Origin: a virus
Taxonomy: Duplodnaviria; Caudoviricetes
IMG/VR virus record: IMGVR_UViG_3300016486_001578
Length of the DNA stretch: 64,000 bases
Direction: 5' to 3' (one strand)
Part shown: piece after piece, positions 23,093 to 34,143 of the stretch
Position numbering within the stretch: position 1 is the stretch's first letter
Layout of the letters: the number at the start of each line of letters is the position of its first letter
Notes under the pieces: model-generated
Told to the model about the DNA's origin: nothing
The model's database searches: none
What the model saw: the letters and a program-made list of their open reading frames with translations, nothing else
Position numbers and translations under genes: made by a program

Positions 23093-23697
23093 GATTTATA
23101 TATTAAAATATGTTTTTTTATTTTAAATAATAAATATATAAAAAGGTCACTATATGTGTTTAAAATCGCTCAATTCTAGTGATAAATCTTTTAATATTGA
23201 TATTTTTCTATCAACTAGGCTTTCGAATAATTTATATGATAAAATCATATAATATATATTAAAACTACTATATTATTTCCTCTATCTTGGATATCCTGGA
23301 TATTCTTATACTATCTAATAACATATCAACTACCCAATTTCCAAAATCATCTTGTATTTTAGTGGCTCTTTCATGGCTCAAATGGAGGCCACCGGTGCCT
23401 GTTAAGTCACCCCAGCCTCTTATAGATAGAAAAACTTCACCTTTTAGATAAATATAACTCTCGTCATATGATATTGTTGAGAAGTCAATTTCATCAGTAA
23501 TTTCATCAGTTTCCCCATTTAAAAAAGAAACAATGTTGTTTGTTATGTGATCAGTAAGATGATCATCCTCAAATGTAAATGCCCAAGTATTATTTATAGA
23601 AAATACAGTACCCCAGGTATTCTTTAGTGGTAATTTATATACATCTTTGAAACTTCTTATTTTACTTGATCTTGTTCTTTTCTTTCTACTCATTATG

Positions 23698-25008
23698 TTA
23701 TTTTAATTTTTTTACTTCATTTATCAATTCTACCAAATCTACAAGATTTTGTGTTCCGGTTTCCATATTCTTCAACATGAATTTACCCTCACTCATTTCT
23801 TTGTCGCCAATTATTGCTACAAATGGTATTTTTCTATCATCCGCATATTTCATTTTTTTACCTATTTTCCCACCATCGAAATACATTTCTGACTTTATAA
23901 TATTTCTCAATTTACATAAAGAATTATAAGCATATGATGTATTTTCATCATTAAGTGTAACAAAAAGTAATTTAGTAACATCCACTAAATTAGAAGGGAA
24001 TTTATTTAAGTATTCTAAAGTATCACATATTCTATCTAATCCAAATGAAATACCAACACCGGTTAATTCTTTTTTGCCAAACATTTCCGTTAGATTATCA
24101 TACCTACCTCCACCACCAATACTACCAATTGAATATTCATTACTAACTACTTCGAATATACATCCAGTGTAGTAATCTAATCCCCTCGCTAGTGTTGCAT
24201 CAAATTTAGCATTTGGTATTTTGAATTTATTTATAAATTCTAATTCTTTCTTACCTTGTTCGATTAATTCATTAGAACTTATATCTAAATAGTAAGTATC
24301 TTTATTTTTTATAATGTCATTAAAAATAGACAATTGATTATTGTTTAATCCTAAATTTCTTAGACCATCAATTACCTTATCGATTCCTATTTTATCTAAT
24401 TTATCTAAAAGTTTTATTCCTTCTATTTCTCTGTCTTTTAATCCTATGACTTGCATCATTCCAAATAATAGTTTTCTATTACTATATCTTATAGTAACAT
24501 CTAAATTTAACTTTGAAAAAACCTCAGAGTATATTTTCATCAACTCTACTTCGTTTAATAGGCTATCACTACCGATAACATCCACATCACATTGATAGAA
24601 TTCTCTATATCTACCTCTCTGTGGTCTATCTGCTCTCCAAACTGGAGCTATTTGATATCTTTTAAATGGGAATGATATATCGTTTTGATTTTGAACAACA
24701 TATCTAGCTAATGGAACTGTCAAATCATACCTCAATCCTTTTCCGGAAATTTGAGGAGTTAATTCACTAGCACTTAGGCTCCTGTCTGCCTTTTTTAAGA
24801 AATCACCAACATTTAAGACTTTAAATATTAACTTACTATCATCACCATATTTTCCGGATAACGTATCTAGTTTCTCCATAACAGGAGTCTCTATTGGTTG
24901 AAATCCGAATTTAACGAATATTTCACTAATAGTATCAATAACATATTTTCTCTTAGCCACATCTTGTGGTAAGAAGTCTCTCATTCCTTTAGGTAGTGTT
25001 GGTTTCAT
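23698..25008 (-). CDS. hisS: Histidyl-tRNA synthetase
   Basis: PKGMRDF, LRYDLTVP, RADRPQRGRYREFYQCD, RGLDYYTG, GGGGRYD, GISFGLDR. Confidence 0.97.
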   Translation of the reverse strand: MKPTLPKGMRDFLPQDVAKRKYVIDTISEIFVKFGFQPIETPVMEKLDTLSGKYGDDSKLIFKVLNVGDFLKKADRSLSASELTPQISGKGLRYDLTVPLARYVVQNQNDISFPFKRYQIAPVWRADRPQRGRYREFYQCDVDVIGSDSLLNEVELMKIYSEVFSKLNLDVTIRYSNRKLLFGMMQVIGLKDREIEGIKLLDKLDKIGIDKVIDGLRNLGLNNNQLSIFNDIIKNKDTYYLDISSNELIEQGKKELEFINKFKIPNAKFDATLARGLDYYTGCIFEVVSNEYSIGSIGGGGRYDNLTEMFGKKELTGVGISFGLDRICDTLEYLNKFPSNLVDVTKLLFVTLNDENTSYAYNSLCKLRNIIKSEMYFDGGKIGKKMKYADDRKIPFVAIIGDKEMSEGKFMLKNMETGTQNLVDLVELINEVKKLK

Positions 25009-25044
25009 CCAATAAAGATAAGGAATTTACTCTATTTAATGGAA

Positions 25045-25588
25045 TTATTTTGATTTTTTTGGAGAAATAACCATGATCATCCTCTTTCCTTCTAGTTTTG
25101 GTAATTGCTCGGGAGAACCCCATTCTTCTAGTCTTTTAGCTAGTTTAAGTAATAATAACTCACCTCTATCCTTGAATACAATTGCTCGTCCTCTAAATTG
25201 AACGTATGCTTTTATCTTATTTCCAGCCATTAAGAACTTTTCACCATTTTTTGCCTTAAACTCAAAATCATGATCGTCTGTATTTGGACCAAATCTAAGT
25301 TCTTTTATTAAGGTTTTCTTGGTATTTTTTCTTTATTTCCTTGTCTTTCTTTTTCTTTTCATATAGGAATTTCTTATAATCTAAAATTTTACAAACTGGT
25401 GGACTAGCATTTGGTGATATTTCCACCAAATCTAAACCAAAATCGTTGGCCAATGTTAACGCCTTTTCTATTGGGTAGATTCCTGGTTCTACGTTATCTC
25501 CAACCAACCTTATATGAGTTGCTCTTATTTGTTTGTTTAATTTGTGTTCCTCTTGCTTGGCCCTTGGCCTAAAGTTATTTTTTCTCAA
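25045..25588 (-). pseudogene. infC: Translation initiation factor IF-3, frameshifted in an A6 run at 25325-25330
   Basis: N-domain [10 protein letters not shown]...[26 protein letters not shown]; removing one A gives [17 protein letters not shown]...KIKAYVQFRGR...PKLEGKRM; TTG start. Confidence 0.9.
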
Positions 25589-26403
25589 ATATTTATTTTT
25601 TATTTATTTTATATATTAATCGCTTATTACGTTATTATCAATATTATTATTATCGTTTCTTCCAGGTTCTAATATATTACCTATCGTAGATAACTCTTCC
25701 TTTTTTAATTCTTTATTTATATTACATAGTAGTCTGTTAGTTGCTGCTACTAATCCACTATGCTCTTTTGGGTTATATCCATAATACTCTATATCATATT
25801 TATTTCTATAATCAGATCTAATTATTTTTGCACCACAATGACCGACAGCTTTACCATCATCCCCAGTGAACCTAAAATTAGTATATTCTCCATTTGGGTA
25901 ATAATGAGCATAAACATCCAAGAAAGGATACCAATCATTTGGTGGTTTTATCCAATAAAATATTCTAGTAAAACAGTTAATTTTTTCTTTTTATATTTAT
26001 TTAACAATTTAATTAGTTCTTCTTTAGTATCGACAGATATATCATTTCTTTGTTTATCATCTAGGAACCAAGTCCAAATACTAGTTGCATTTATTCCTAT
26101 TCTTCCTTTCTTATAATAGTATATTGATGCTCTCATAGAGTTTATACTAGTAAATCCAGTTCCCATCATTAGCCTTTTTTCAAAACCAATATCAACCAAA
26201 TCTCTTTCTGTTAATCTATTATTTAATCTTATCATTCATACTTATTATAAGAGAAACACTGATTTGTTTTAATTCTTTATAACCAATTTCTCTATTTGAT
26301 CTACCAATGGATTGTATATTAAAGTTTTTATTAAAAACCACATACATAGAACCACTCATTATTTTAATTATTAACATTGATCAAATATAAGGATAATTTT
26401 TCG

Positions 26404-26411
26404 TATATTTG
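26404..26411 (+). promoter_or_regulatory. Bacteroidota sigma70-type -7 box (TAnnTTTG), representative of several
   Basis: TATATTTG 4 nt before ATG; also at 1865-72(-), 10192-99(-), 12072-79(-), 13898-905(-), 14150-57(+), 33960-67(+), each upstream of an ORF start. Confidence 0.65.
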
Positions 26412-26415
26412 TATA

Positions 26416-27174
26416 ATGACTATTAAAACTTTATCAATTGGAGACCTACACGGACTCGATGTGTGGCGAAAAGCACTATTCGGAGAAATATATGATATGG
26501 ACAATTTTGACAAAATTATCTTTGTTGGTGATTATGTTGATAGTTTTTACATAACACCAATTGAACAGATACATAATTTGCGACTTTTAATAGAATTGAA
26601 AAAGAAATATCCAGATAAAATCATTTTACTATATGGTAATCATGATATACAATATAGCCATTATCCTAATTATAGATGTTCTGGTTTCCAACAAAGAAAC
26701 CATTTAGATTATATGAAGCTATTCCAAGATAATTTAGATTTGTTTCAAATGTCTTATCAAATTGATAATACACTATGGTCTCATGCTGGTGTTCATATAG
26801 CTTGGTATAATGAGTATATAAAAGAATATCACGATAATAATCCAGAAATGACTTTGAGTAATATTTTAAATAATGATTTTGATAATCAAAAAAGTTATAT
26901 GTTTAATATTGGTAAAATGCGATCAGGATTCAGTGATGTTGGTGGACCTCTTTGGTTAGACCGTAGACAACTTTGGAACAAACCATTACCGGGATATCAT
27001 CAAATTGTTGGTCACACAAAAATAACATATGATAATAGAAAGTATAGAATTGGTAAAAAACACCCAAAGTTAATTAGACACTTTGATATAGAAAGAATAA
27101 ATGCTTCTTTAACTTGTATTGATGTATTGACGGAAAGTAATCCGGAATTTTATACCAAAGAATTTGAAATATAA
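26416..27174 (+). CDS. Calcineurin-like metallophosphoesterase
   Basis: GDLHG, GDYVD, GNHD, SHAG, GPLW, VGHT. Confidence 0.9.
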   Translation: MTIKTLSIGDLHGLDVWRKALFGEIYDMDNFDKIIFVGDYVDSFYITPIEQIHNLRLLIELKKKYPDKIILLYGNHDIQYSHYPNYRCSGFQQRNHLDYMKLFQDNLDLFQMSYQIDNTLWSHAGVHIAWYNEYIKEYHDNNPEMTLSNILNNDFDNQKSYMFNIGKMRSGFSDVGGPLWLDRRQLWNKPLPGYHQIVGHTKITYDNRKYRIGKKHPKLIRHFDIERINASLTCIDVLTESNPEFYTKEFEI

Positions 27175-27196
27175 ATTTATTTTGTTATCTTTACAA

Positions 27197-27346
27197 TCAG
27201 GTTAAACATTGAAGCCTTTATGATTTAATCATATAAAGATACTAATCTTGAATTAACAAGATATAGCAACTACAGACTAAGAGTTAATTCTCCGTTGTGG
27301 CTAAGTATGGAGTAATCCTAGGTGTGTTGTTCCCTTGAGAAAGGAA
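27197..27346 (+). ncRNA. Candidate structured ncRNA
   Basis: ORF-free, after TATCTTTA promoter-like box; five hairpins including GGA-GTAA-TCC and CTT-GAGA-AAG GNRA tetraloops. Confidence 0.45.
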
Positions 27347-27670
27347 TGAGTAAAAAATAGACAATAAAAACCTAAATAGGATGCTTGGTCTATGATAGAT
27401 TTGAAATTAGAATTTATAAAAGAGATTTAGTATCGTATATTAAATCATTAAGATCCTCACTAAATTTATCTCTTATACTTTCGCTCTTAAAGGCTAATAC
27501 ACTAGACCTATCATAAGAGCTACCAATAACCTTTTCGCCTCTCTTGAAGTATATTACGTGCTTCATAGAATCATTTTTCCAGTCACACCAAGAATCAAGT
27601 TCTTCTCCGTTGTAATTATCTCTTAATTCAATTAATTCTCTCAATTGATATATTTTGTTATTTTCCATAT

Positions 27671-28018
27671 TTATAATTCTATACAATTTATATAGAGGTG
27701 TTTTTTATAATTAAAATAATCCACTGATTGATAACAATGTGGGCACATTTTAACACCTTCTATTAATTTTAATTTCTTAATTCTTTTTAATTTCTTAATT
27801 TCATATTCTCTTTTAGAAGCAGAACTCCTATCTGGCTTTTCTTCTGTATAAACAACACTAACCGGTCTTCTTGACCTTGTATACTTTGCTCCCTTTTTTG
27901 ATTCATTGTGTTCTTTTAATCTTTTTGATATATCTGTTGTTATTCCAGTATATAATGTATCATCTGAACATTTTAATACATAAACAAACCAATTTTTTAA
28001 AGTGGTATCTCGTTCCAT
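27671..28018 (-). CDS. GIY-YIG nuclease (YhbQ/YazA-like)
   Basis: [20 protein letters not shown]...RL.EHN..KGAKYTR.RRPV...A.KREY.IKKL. Confidence 0.9.
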   Translation of the reverse strand: MERDTTLKNWFVYVLKCSDDTLYTGITTDISKRLKEHNESKKGAKYTRSRRPVSVVYTEEKPDRSSASKREYEIKKLKRIKKLKLIEGVKMCPHCYQSVDYFNYKKHLYINCIEL

Positions 28019-29792
28019 TTTTCTTCTTTAAATTCTTCAAGTGCCACTTCACCATAAAAGACCCTATCACTCTGTGATATCATATCACACCAGTTGTAAT
28101 AAACTGTTTTATTAGATTCCTGATCTGGCCACCAATTATCTTTGTGATTTTTTTCACCTCTTCTATAGTCCAATAAAGATTGTATAGCATCATTTAAATT
28201 CCCATCAAAATCCTCTGGTAACTTAAAACAAATGTCTAGTTTTAATAATTTCGTTCCTTCTTGCATATTTCTTATATATTTTTTTAGTTTTTAGTTTCGA
28301 ACCAATGTAATAGTCTTTTCAATCTTAATGATGAATATTGATATGCTTCTTTTTTGGCCATCCAAATATCAGAATGACCACCTATATTTTTCTTCTCGTC
28401 GGACTCATATCCCTTTGATGCTTTATCAAAATAATTTATCTCATATTCTATCTCTTTTTTTATTCTATCAATATCGCTCATATATTTTTTCTTTTTATTT
28501 TAAATAATAATAGGTTTGTTTTATATAATGATATATTTTTATTATCTTTAATTTTATGAAATATAGTAAAAACTTTGAAAGAGATTATAATTGGTACTTA
28601 TCAGTTTCTGATATTTTTAACTTTGACGGGAAAAAAGAATACTTTAATAAGAAGGGTGTTTATTTGATTCAATATGATGAAGAAGGAAAAAGTGCTAAGG
28701 ATTGCTTTTATCTATATGATACTAGTGGTGTTATTAAAAAAACAAACGAGCCAGTAAAATTAAGAAAACTACTTAAAACCAAAGGTAGTGTGAATCTACA
28801 CATAAAAATGTATGCTGAAGATAGAGGTCGTGGTTATTTACCACTAGCTGAGTTAGTAGATATGTGTAAAGAGTACAAATCTCCTGATTGGTTTTTTGAT
28901 GCTATTGAGAGACAAAAGTGTAAATATTACTAAAATTTTATGTATCTTTACATTATAATGAATTTTTCTAAATATAGATTTTTAGTAGCTAGTGGAAATG
29001 AATTTTTAACAGAACTCTTGTATCTAGATTTTAAATCCAAAGAATAATCTTATGAAATTTATGATAATCTCATTGATCCATTCTATTTTTCCTTCTCTAT
29101 AAGATTTTGATTCACCATCTTTAACTTCTAGTGATTCGTTTATGAATTGATTATATCTTTTTAATTCCATATAATATATATTAAATCAATTTTGCTAAAA
29201 GGTTTCTATTTTCTTTATAGCAGATAGTAGTCCGTTTTCTAACGCTGTGTCCCAGGTTTTTTCATCATATATACTCCAGGTTAAATCACCTGATTTGCTT
29301 ATGTGGAAGCTATACTTCCATTTTTTTATATAATAAGGCACCACCCAGACGGTTATGCTTTTTTCAACCCTTAGCCAATTTTGTAAAGAGGTTAGTGTTT
29401 TATTATCATCTTTATAACCAAAATATCTGAATAATTCAATGGTTTTTTTGGTTGCTAATTTATCTAACATAATTTTGATTTATAATCTTTATACAAACAT
29501 ATGTATTTAAGTTTTGTATTTAATATATAATCTATGATATATTTAAAAAAATTTAATGAAAGTAGTGAAGATGGATTCACTAATTGGTTAAGCCAACAAA
29601 AACCAGTAGATGGCCTGAAATTTATAGCTTACTTTTCTAATGTTCTTATTAAAATTTTATAGTTAGTTTCTCTAAATAGATTCTCTTGTATTATGTGTAT
29701 CATTTTTTAAATTTAAGTATTTTAATTAATAATTATAGATTTTGTCGTATTTTTGTTTTATAAACTTTTATAATTGTTTAAATATAATCAAT

Positions 29793-30653
29793 ATGAATGA
29801 ATCAAATATTATAGTATATTATCACAACAAGGATATGGATGGTTATACATCAGGAGCTATCTTAAAATACAAATACCCAAAGGCGGAATTAATAGGATGG
29901 GATTATGTTGATGAAGTACCAGATTCAGAAATGCTTAGAAATAAAGAAGTTATATTAATAGATATAACATTCCCAATAAAGGATTTACAAAAAATAGGGA
30001 AAGTCGCTTCCAAATTAACAATAATTGACCACCATTCTTCTTTTAGGAAAGAGGTTGATGATTTGGTTGAGGAAATAAATTTTGAATATGTTTATGATGT
30101 ATCAAAATCAGCATGTGAAGGTGGTTGGAAATACTGTTTCCCTAATAGAAATGTACCAGTTGCTATTGAATTAATTGGAGAATACGATACACATAGAAAC
30201 GGAGACTTAGATAAATGGGAAAATACGATTCTGCCATTTAAGTATTATTCTTATAGTATAATAAACAAAGTAGAAGATTTTCCAACAGATTTTTTTACTG
30301 AGAAAATAAATATATCAGAATGTATAGATATTGGTGTTAATATAATGAAGTATGACGATACCATGAATGAATCACTTTGTTCGAAAAATAGTTTTGATAA
30401 AAAAATATATGGTGGTCTAAGAGCTATATGTCTAAATTATTCACCATTTAGTTCTGAGGTGATAAAAAGTGTTTGGGACCCAAATAAATATGATATAATG
30501 GTTGGATTTTGTTTTGTTGGTGATAGTTGGACAATCAGCCTTAGGAGCGTCGGTGATATTGATGTTTCTGATATAGCAAAGGCCCGTGGAGGCGGTGGGC
30601 ATAAAAATGCCGCAGGATTCGAAGTCAAGAAATTCGAAGATATATGGGTATAA
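29793..30653 (+). CDS. DHH/DHHA1 phosphoesterase
   Basis: YHNKDMDG, IIDHH, SLRS, GGGGHKNAAGF. Confidence 0.9.
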   Translation: MNESNIIVYYHNKDMDGYTSGAILKYKYPKAELIGWDYVDEVPDSEMLRNKEVILIDITFPIKDLQKIGKVASKLTIIDHHSSFRKEVDDLVEEINFEYVYDVSKSACEGGWKYCFPNRNVPVAIELIGEYDTHRNGDLDKWENTILPFKYYSYSIINKVEDFPTDFFTEKINISECIDIGVNIMKYDDTMNESLCSKNSFDKKIYGGLRAICLNYSPFSSEVIKSVWDPNKYDIMVGFCFVGDSWTISLRSVGDIDVSDIAKARGGGGHKNAAGFEVKKFEDIWV

Positions 30654-30994
30654 TTAATTAAATTATGACTATATTTATAAAACATCAAAATAAAAAAAAT
30701 GAATAAATTTTTAAAAAATATGTCTTGGTTGAAGGTTTGTAACTTTTTGTTACAGATATTTTTCATTAGATTAACAAAATGCTCAGAAAAAAGAGTCGAT
30801 TCTATTGATATAGAATCATATGATTATGTACAAGGTAATGGAACATCTTCAAGAGCAAGAGGAACATTACAAAAATATCAATGGTGGAGTATAGTATACT
30901 TCATATTACCATTTACTGGTTGGGGATATAAATACATAACTTTAACAAAAAAACCCAAGTTCTTGAAAATAACAAGTCCTAAAAAATTATAAAA

Positions 30995-31240
30995 ATGATA
31001 GAACATCAAATATTTGGAAGTGAAGATAGCACTGATTATGACATATTATGTTTTGTAGATTCTATACCAGAAATACATAAAGCACACGACATTATAAAGA
31101 AATTCAATAGTGATTTGTCTGAAATTTATACAGATAAAGAGCTAAACTGCAACATGGCGGTTGAAAGAGGAGGCAAGATAATACAAGTTTTTAAAGGAAC
31201 TGCTGATGAAGTAAATAATTCAGCCTTTTTGACCTGGGTG
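30995..31240 (+). pseudogene. Nucleotidyltransferase-like N-terminal fragment fused to purA fragment
   Basis: FGSEDSTDYDI motif; sequence switches to PurA at ~31241. Confidence 0.5.
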
Positions 31241-32003
31241 TCTAAGGGCAGTTCTAAGATTGGATCAACACTAAGAGGTATTGGACCAACATATATGGAT
31301 AAAACAGGCAGGAATTTTATCTGGTGAATATTATATTAATAATGCCTTATCCAATGGAAAGAAAGTATTAGCAGAAGGAGCACAGGGTTCTATGTTAGAT
31401 ATAGACTTTGGTACATATCCATTTGTTACATCATCAAATACAATATCATCCGGGGCTTGTAATGGTTTGGGCGTTTCTCCAAACAAAATAAAGGAAGTTA
31501 TCGGCATAACCAAGGCTTATTGCACGAGAGTTGGTAGTGGGCCATTTCCAACAGAATTAAATGGTGATATTGGAAATTTATTAAGAGAAAAAGGATCTGA
31601 GTTTGGTGCTACAACTGGTAGAGTAAGGAGATGTGGTTGGATTGATTTGGTTGCTTTGAAATATGCATCCTTTTTAAATGGAGTAACACAAATAGCATTA
31701 ACTAAATCGGATGTATTAAACCAATTTGATAAAATTGATGTCTGTGATTCATACAATATAAATGGATTGATATCTAGTGAATTACCATTTGAGTTTAATA
31801 AACCAATAGAGTGCAATTATAAATCATTTGATGGTTGGAATTCAGAATTGGGAAATGATTATAGTAGTCTTCCAAAAAACATGATGGACTTTATTAAATA
31901 TATAGAATCATATGTTGGTGCTCCTATAACTATGATATCCACAGGACCGGAAAGAGAAAAATTAATATCAAAATCAAATATTCAAAAACTTATAAATATA
32001 TAA
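31241..32003 (+). pseudogene. purA: Adenylosuccinate synthetase, 5'-truncated and internally deleted
   Basis: KIGSTLRGIGPTYMDK fragment, then out-of-frame EGAQGSMLDIDFGTYPFVTSS...TRVGSGPFPTE...GATTGRVRRCGW...STGPER; N-terminal GDEGKGK loop absent. Confidence 0.9.
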
Positions 32004-32416
32004 TATGATAAAATAAACAAAACTTCTAATTTTAATATTATTATTCTCACTTTTTTTTAGCTCTATTATTATATCAACACAATCAATTTATATAATTGAT
32101 CATCAAAGAAAAAATAATGATAATATTGAAACAGTGAATAATGATTCAACTAAATTAAAAATAAAATATGGATTATAAAAAATTAAATTTAAAAAATATA
32201 CACTCTGAAGCTATTTTTGTAGATGATTTATTGGGTAAGAAATTTAGAAGAAATAAATATGGATTATCAGATTGGATAGATGAAATAGTTCAAGTTAGAG
32301 AAGTTTCTGATTTATACCCACATACAGTAGTTTGTGGTAAAAAAAATAGCTTTATCTATAGATTAGACGAAATAAAGATCATTGATTAGTTATGTAGATT
32401 TTTTAATATATAATCA

Positions 32417-33397
32417 ATGGGTATTAAAAAATTCGAAAACTTCATACCATCTGGTTGGGTAAATGTTAAATTAGATGAAGAATTACACATTAGGATATCT
32501 AGGTATATCGAAGCATTAGATACACTAGTAGATACTAAAGATAAGTTTAATCTTTTTAAAAAAATAGAAGCACTATCCGATAGAGATTTAATAATGAATT
32601 CTGATATAAAAACAAAAATATCAGTCTTAACAATTCTACAATACCTCAAAGAAATAAAAGACAATTTCAACCCATCATCATCCGGTTTCTTATTAGAAGG
32701 GTTTTTGGCAGCATTAATACATGGTGAGATAGTCGGTGATTATGGATATTCGGATATAAGATCTAAGAATAAAAATTTAACTCCTTATAATGACTTAGAC
32801 CCTATTGTTTTCAAGACTAAGATTGGTCAAAGTAATAAAGTCTGGAATTATCAAATAAAGTTATATAAAGATAAAAGCTCTATAAATGTTACTTGGGGTG
32901 ATGTTGATAAAAGGTGTGATTTTTATGTTATTTGTGTTAAGGACTCTGATAAAATTTCTGTAAAAATATTAAATGGTAAAGATGAAAGCGATGAAAGTTA
33001 CATAGGTAGGTTTTGTACAACAAAAAGGGACAAAAGTGGGTCCATTCCACACTTTATAGATGGTGAGTTAAACCCCCTATCATATGAAAGAGAGAAAGGC
33101 ACTAAGAGGTATGTTACAATAAGCTATGCCAAGATGAGAGATAACTTTAAATATAGTAGAACTTTGGATTTTGGTATTATGGAGAATATAATAGACTCTT
33201 GTGGTGATGATATAAAGAAGTCTATAAAAGAAATTTATGATAGTTTATCTGAGCTTCATTATGATATAGACTCTTTGGTATCCGGACATAGCAAAGAAAA
33301 TAGAGTAATAAAAACAGAAGATGCTGGTGATAACGCAATTGCTAGTGCTAATAAAATAATAGATGAAGTTGATAAACTAAAAAAAGGACTGGGTTAA
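32417..33397 (+). CDS. Hypothetical protein, possible PD-(D/E)XK nuclease, with capsid-targeting-like N-terminus
   Basis: MGIKKFENF; SGFLLEGFLAAL...SD...YQIKLY. Confidence 0.5.
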   Translation: MGIKKFENFIPSGWVNVKLDEELHIRISRYIEALDTLVDTKDKFNLFKKIEALSDRDLIMNSDIKTKISVLTILQYLKEIKDNFNPSSSGFLLEGFLAALIHGEIVGDYGYSDIRSKNKNLTPYNDLDPIVFKTKIGQSNKVWNYQIKLYKDKSSINVTWGDVDKRCDFYVICVKDSDKISVKILNGKDESDESYIGRFCTTKRDKSGSIPHFIDGELNPLSYEREKGTKRYVTISYAKMRDNFKYSRTLDFGIMENIIDSCGDDIKKSIKEIYDSLSELHYDIDSLVSGHSKENRVIKTEDAGDNAIASANKIIDEVDKLKKGLG

Positions 33398-33717
33398 TCA
33401 CTTGGCAGTAAAACCTTAACTGTTGTTGCTTTTACTCCGCCACAAAATGGCAACACTAACCAGGCACCTCTTTTTGATTTATATAACTCACCTTCATCTA
33501 AACCGGCCCAAGGCAATAATTCTTCGTGTGTTCTGTATTTATATTCTTCCATATAATAAAGATAGTTAAAAAAAATTAATTAAAGATATTTTTGTATATT
33601 TATATCAGAATAGAAACAAAGAATTGTTTTTTAATATATAATTAGTAAATAATTTGGAAATTAGAAAACATTCCGTATATTTACATTATAATTAATAACA
33701 ACAATAAAAAAAGAAAA

Positions 33718-33807
33718 ATGAGAACAAGTAACACACATACAAACCGACAAGAGCTTCCCCAAGAGGAAACCAGTTCATTATGTGGAGTTAATATGTGTAT
33801 GGAATAA
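33718..33807 (+). promoter_or_regulatory. Putative leader peptide upstream of terminator and tRNA
   Basis: MRTSNTHTNRQELPQEETSSLCGVNMCME* between promoter-like motifs and the terminator at 33833. Confidence 0.4.
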
Positions 33808-33832
33808 ACACATTTGTTTTTTAAAGATATTT

Positions 33833-33868
33833 AAAAACCCTCTACATTAACTTGTAAGAGGGTTTTTT
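33833..33868 (+). terminator. Intrinsic terminator or attenuator hairpin
   Basis: AAAAACCCTCT-ACA...TGT-AAGAGGGTTTTTT. Confidence 0.75.
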
Positions 33869-33877
33869 AATTTATAT

Positions 33878-33951
33878 ACGGTAGCGATCCATTGGTGTGG
33901 TTACCTCATTTGGAATGAGGGTTATTGTGGGTTCAACTCCCACCTACCGTA
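33878..33951 (+). tRNA. tRNA-Pro (TGG)
   Basis: Acceptor ACGGTAG/CTACCGT; anticodon arm CCTCA-TTTGGAA-TGAGG; T-arm GTGGG-TTCAACT-CCCAC; weak D-stem, C at position 8, no encoded CCA. Confidence 0.8.
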
Positions 33952-34028
33952 CAAATACCTATATTTGTATAAATAAATAAAAATATGCAAAAAGAACCAT
34001 CAATAGGGTCTTCCCGCCAAACAGCGGG

Positions 34029-34139
34029 TTTAGGGAGATTGATGGAAAGCCCGGTATTATTTTAGATAGGCTAAATTCATTCTTAGAAGACATAGGAGAA
34101 GAATCGGTTAATAAAGTTGAAGGATATATTAATATATAG
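34029..34139 (+). pseudogene. 3' remnant of a third LRR gene copy
   Basis: 34029-34097 is identical to 35498-35566; reads FREIDGKPGIILDRLNSFLEDIG...VEGYINI*. Confidence 0.85.
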
Positions 34140-34143
34140 TTTA

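Noticed and set aside
31281-32003. Functional PurA auxiliary metabolic gene
   Set aside because: Lacks the N-terminal GDEGKGK catalytic loop and an internal segment
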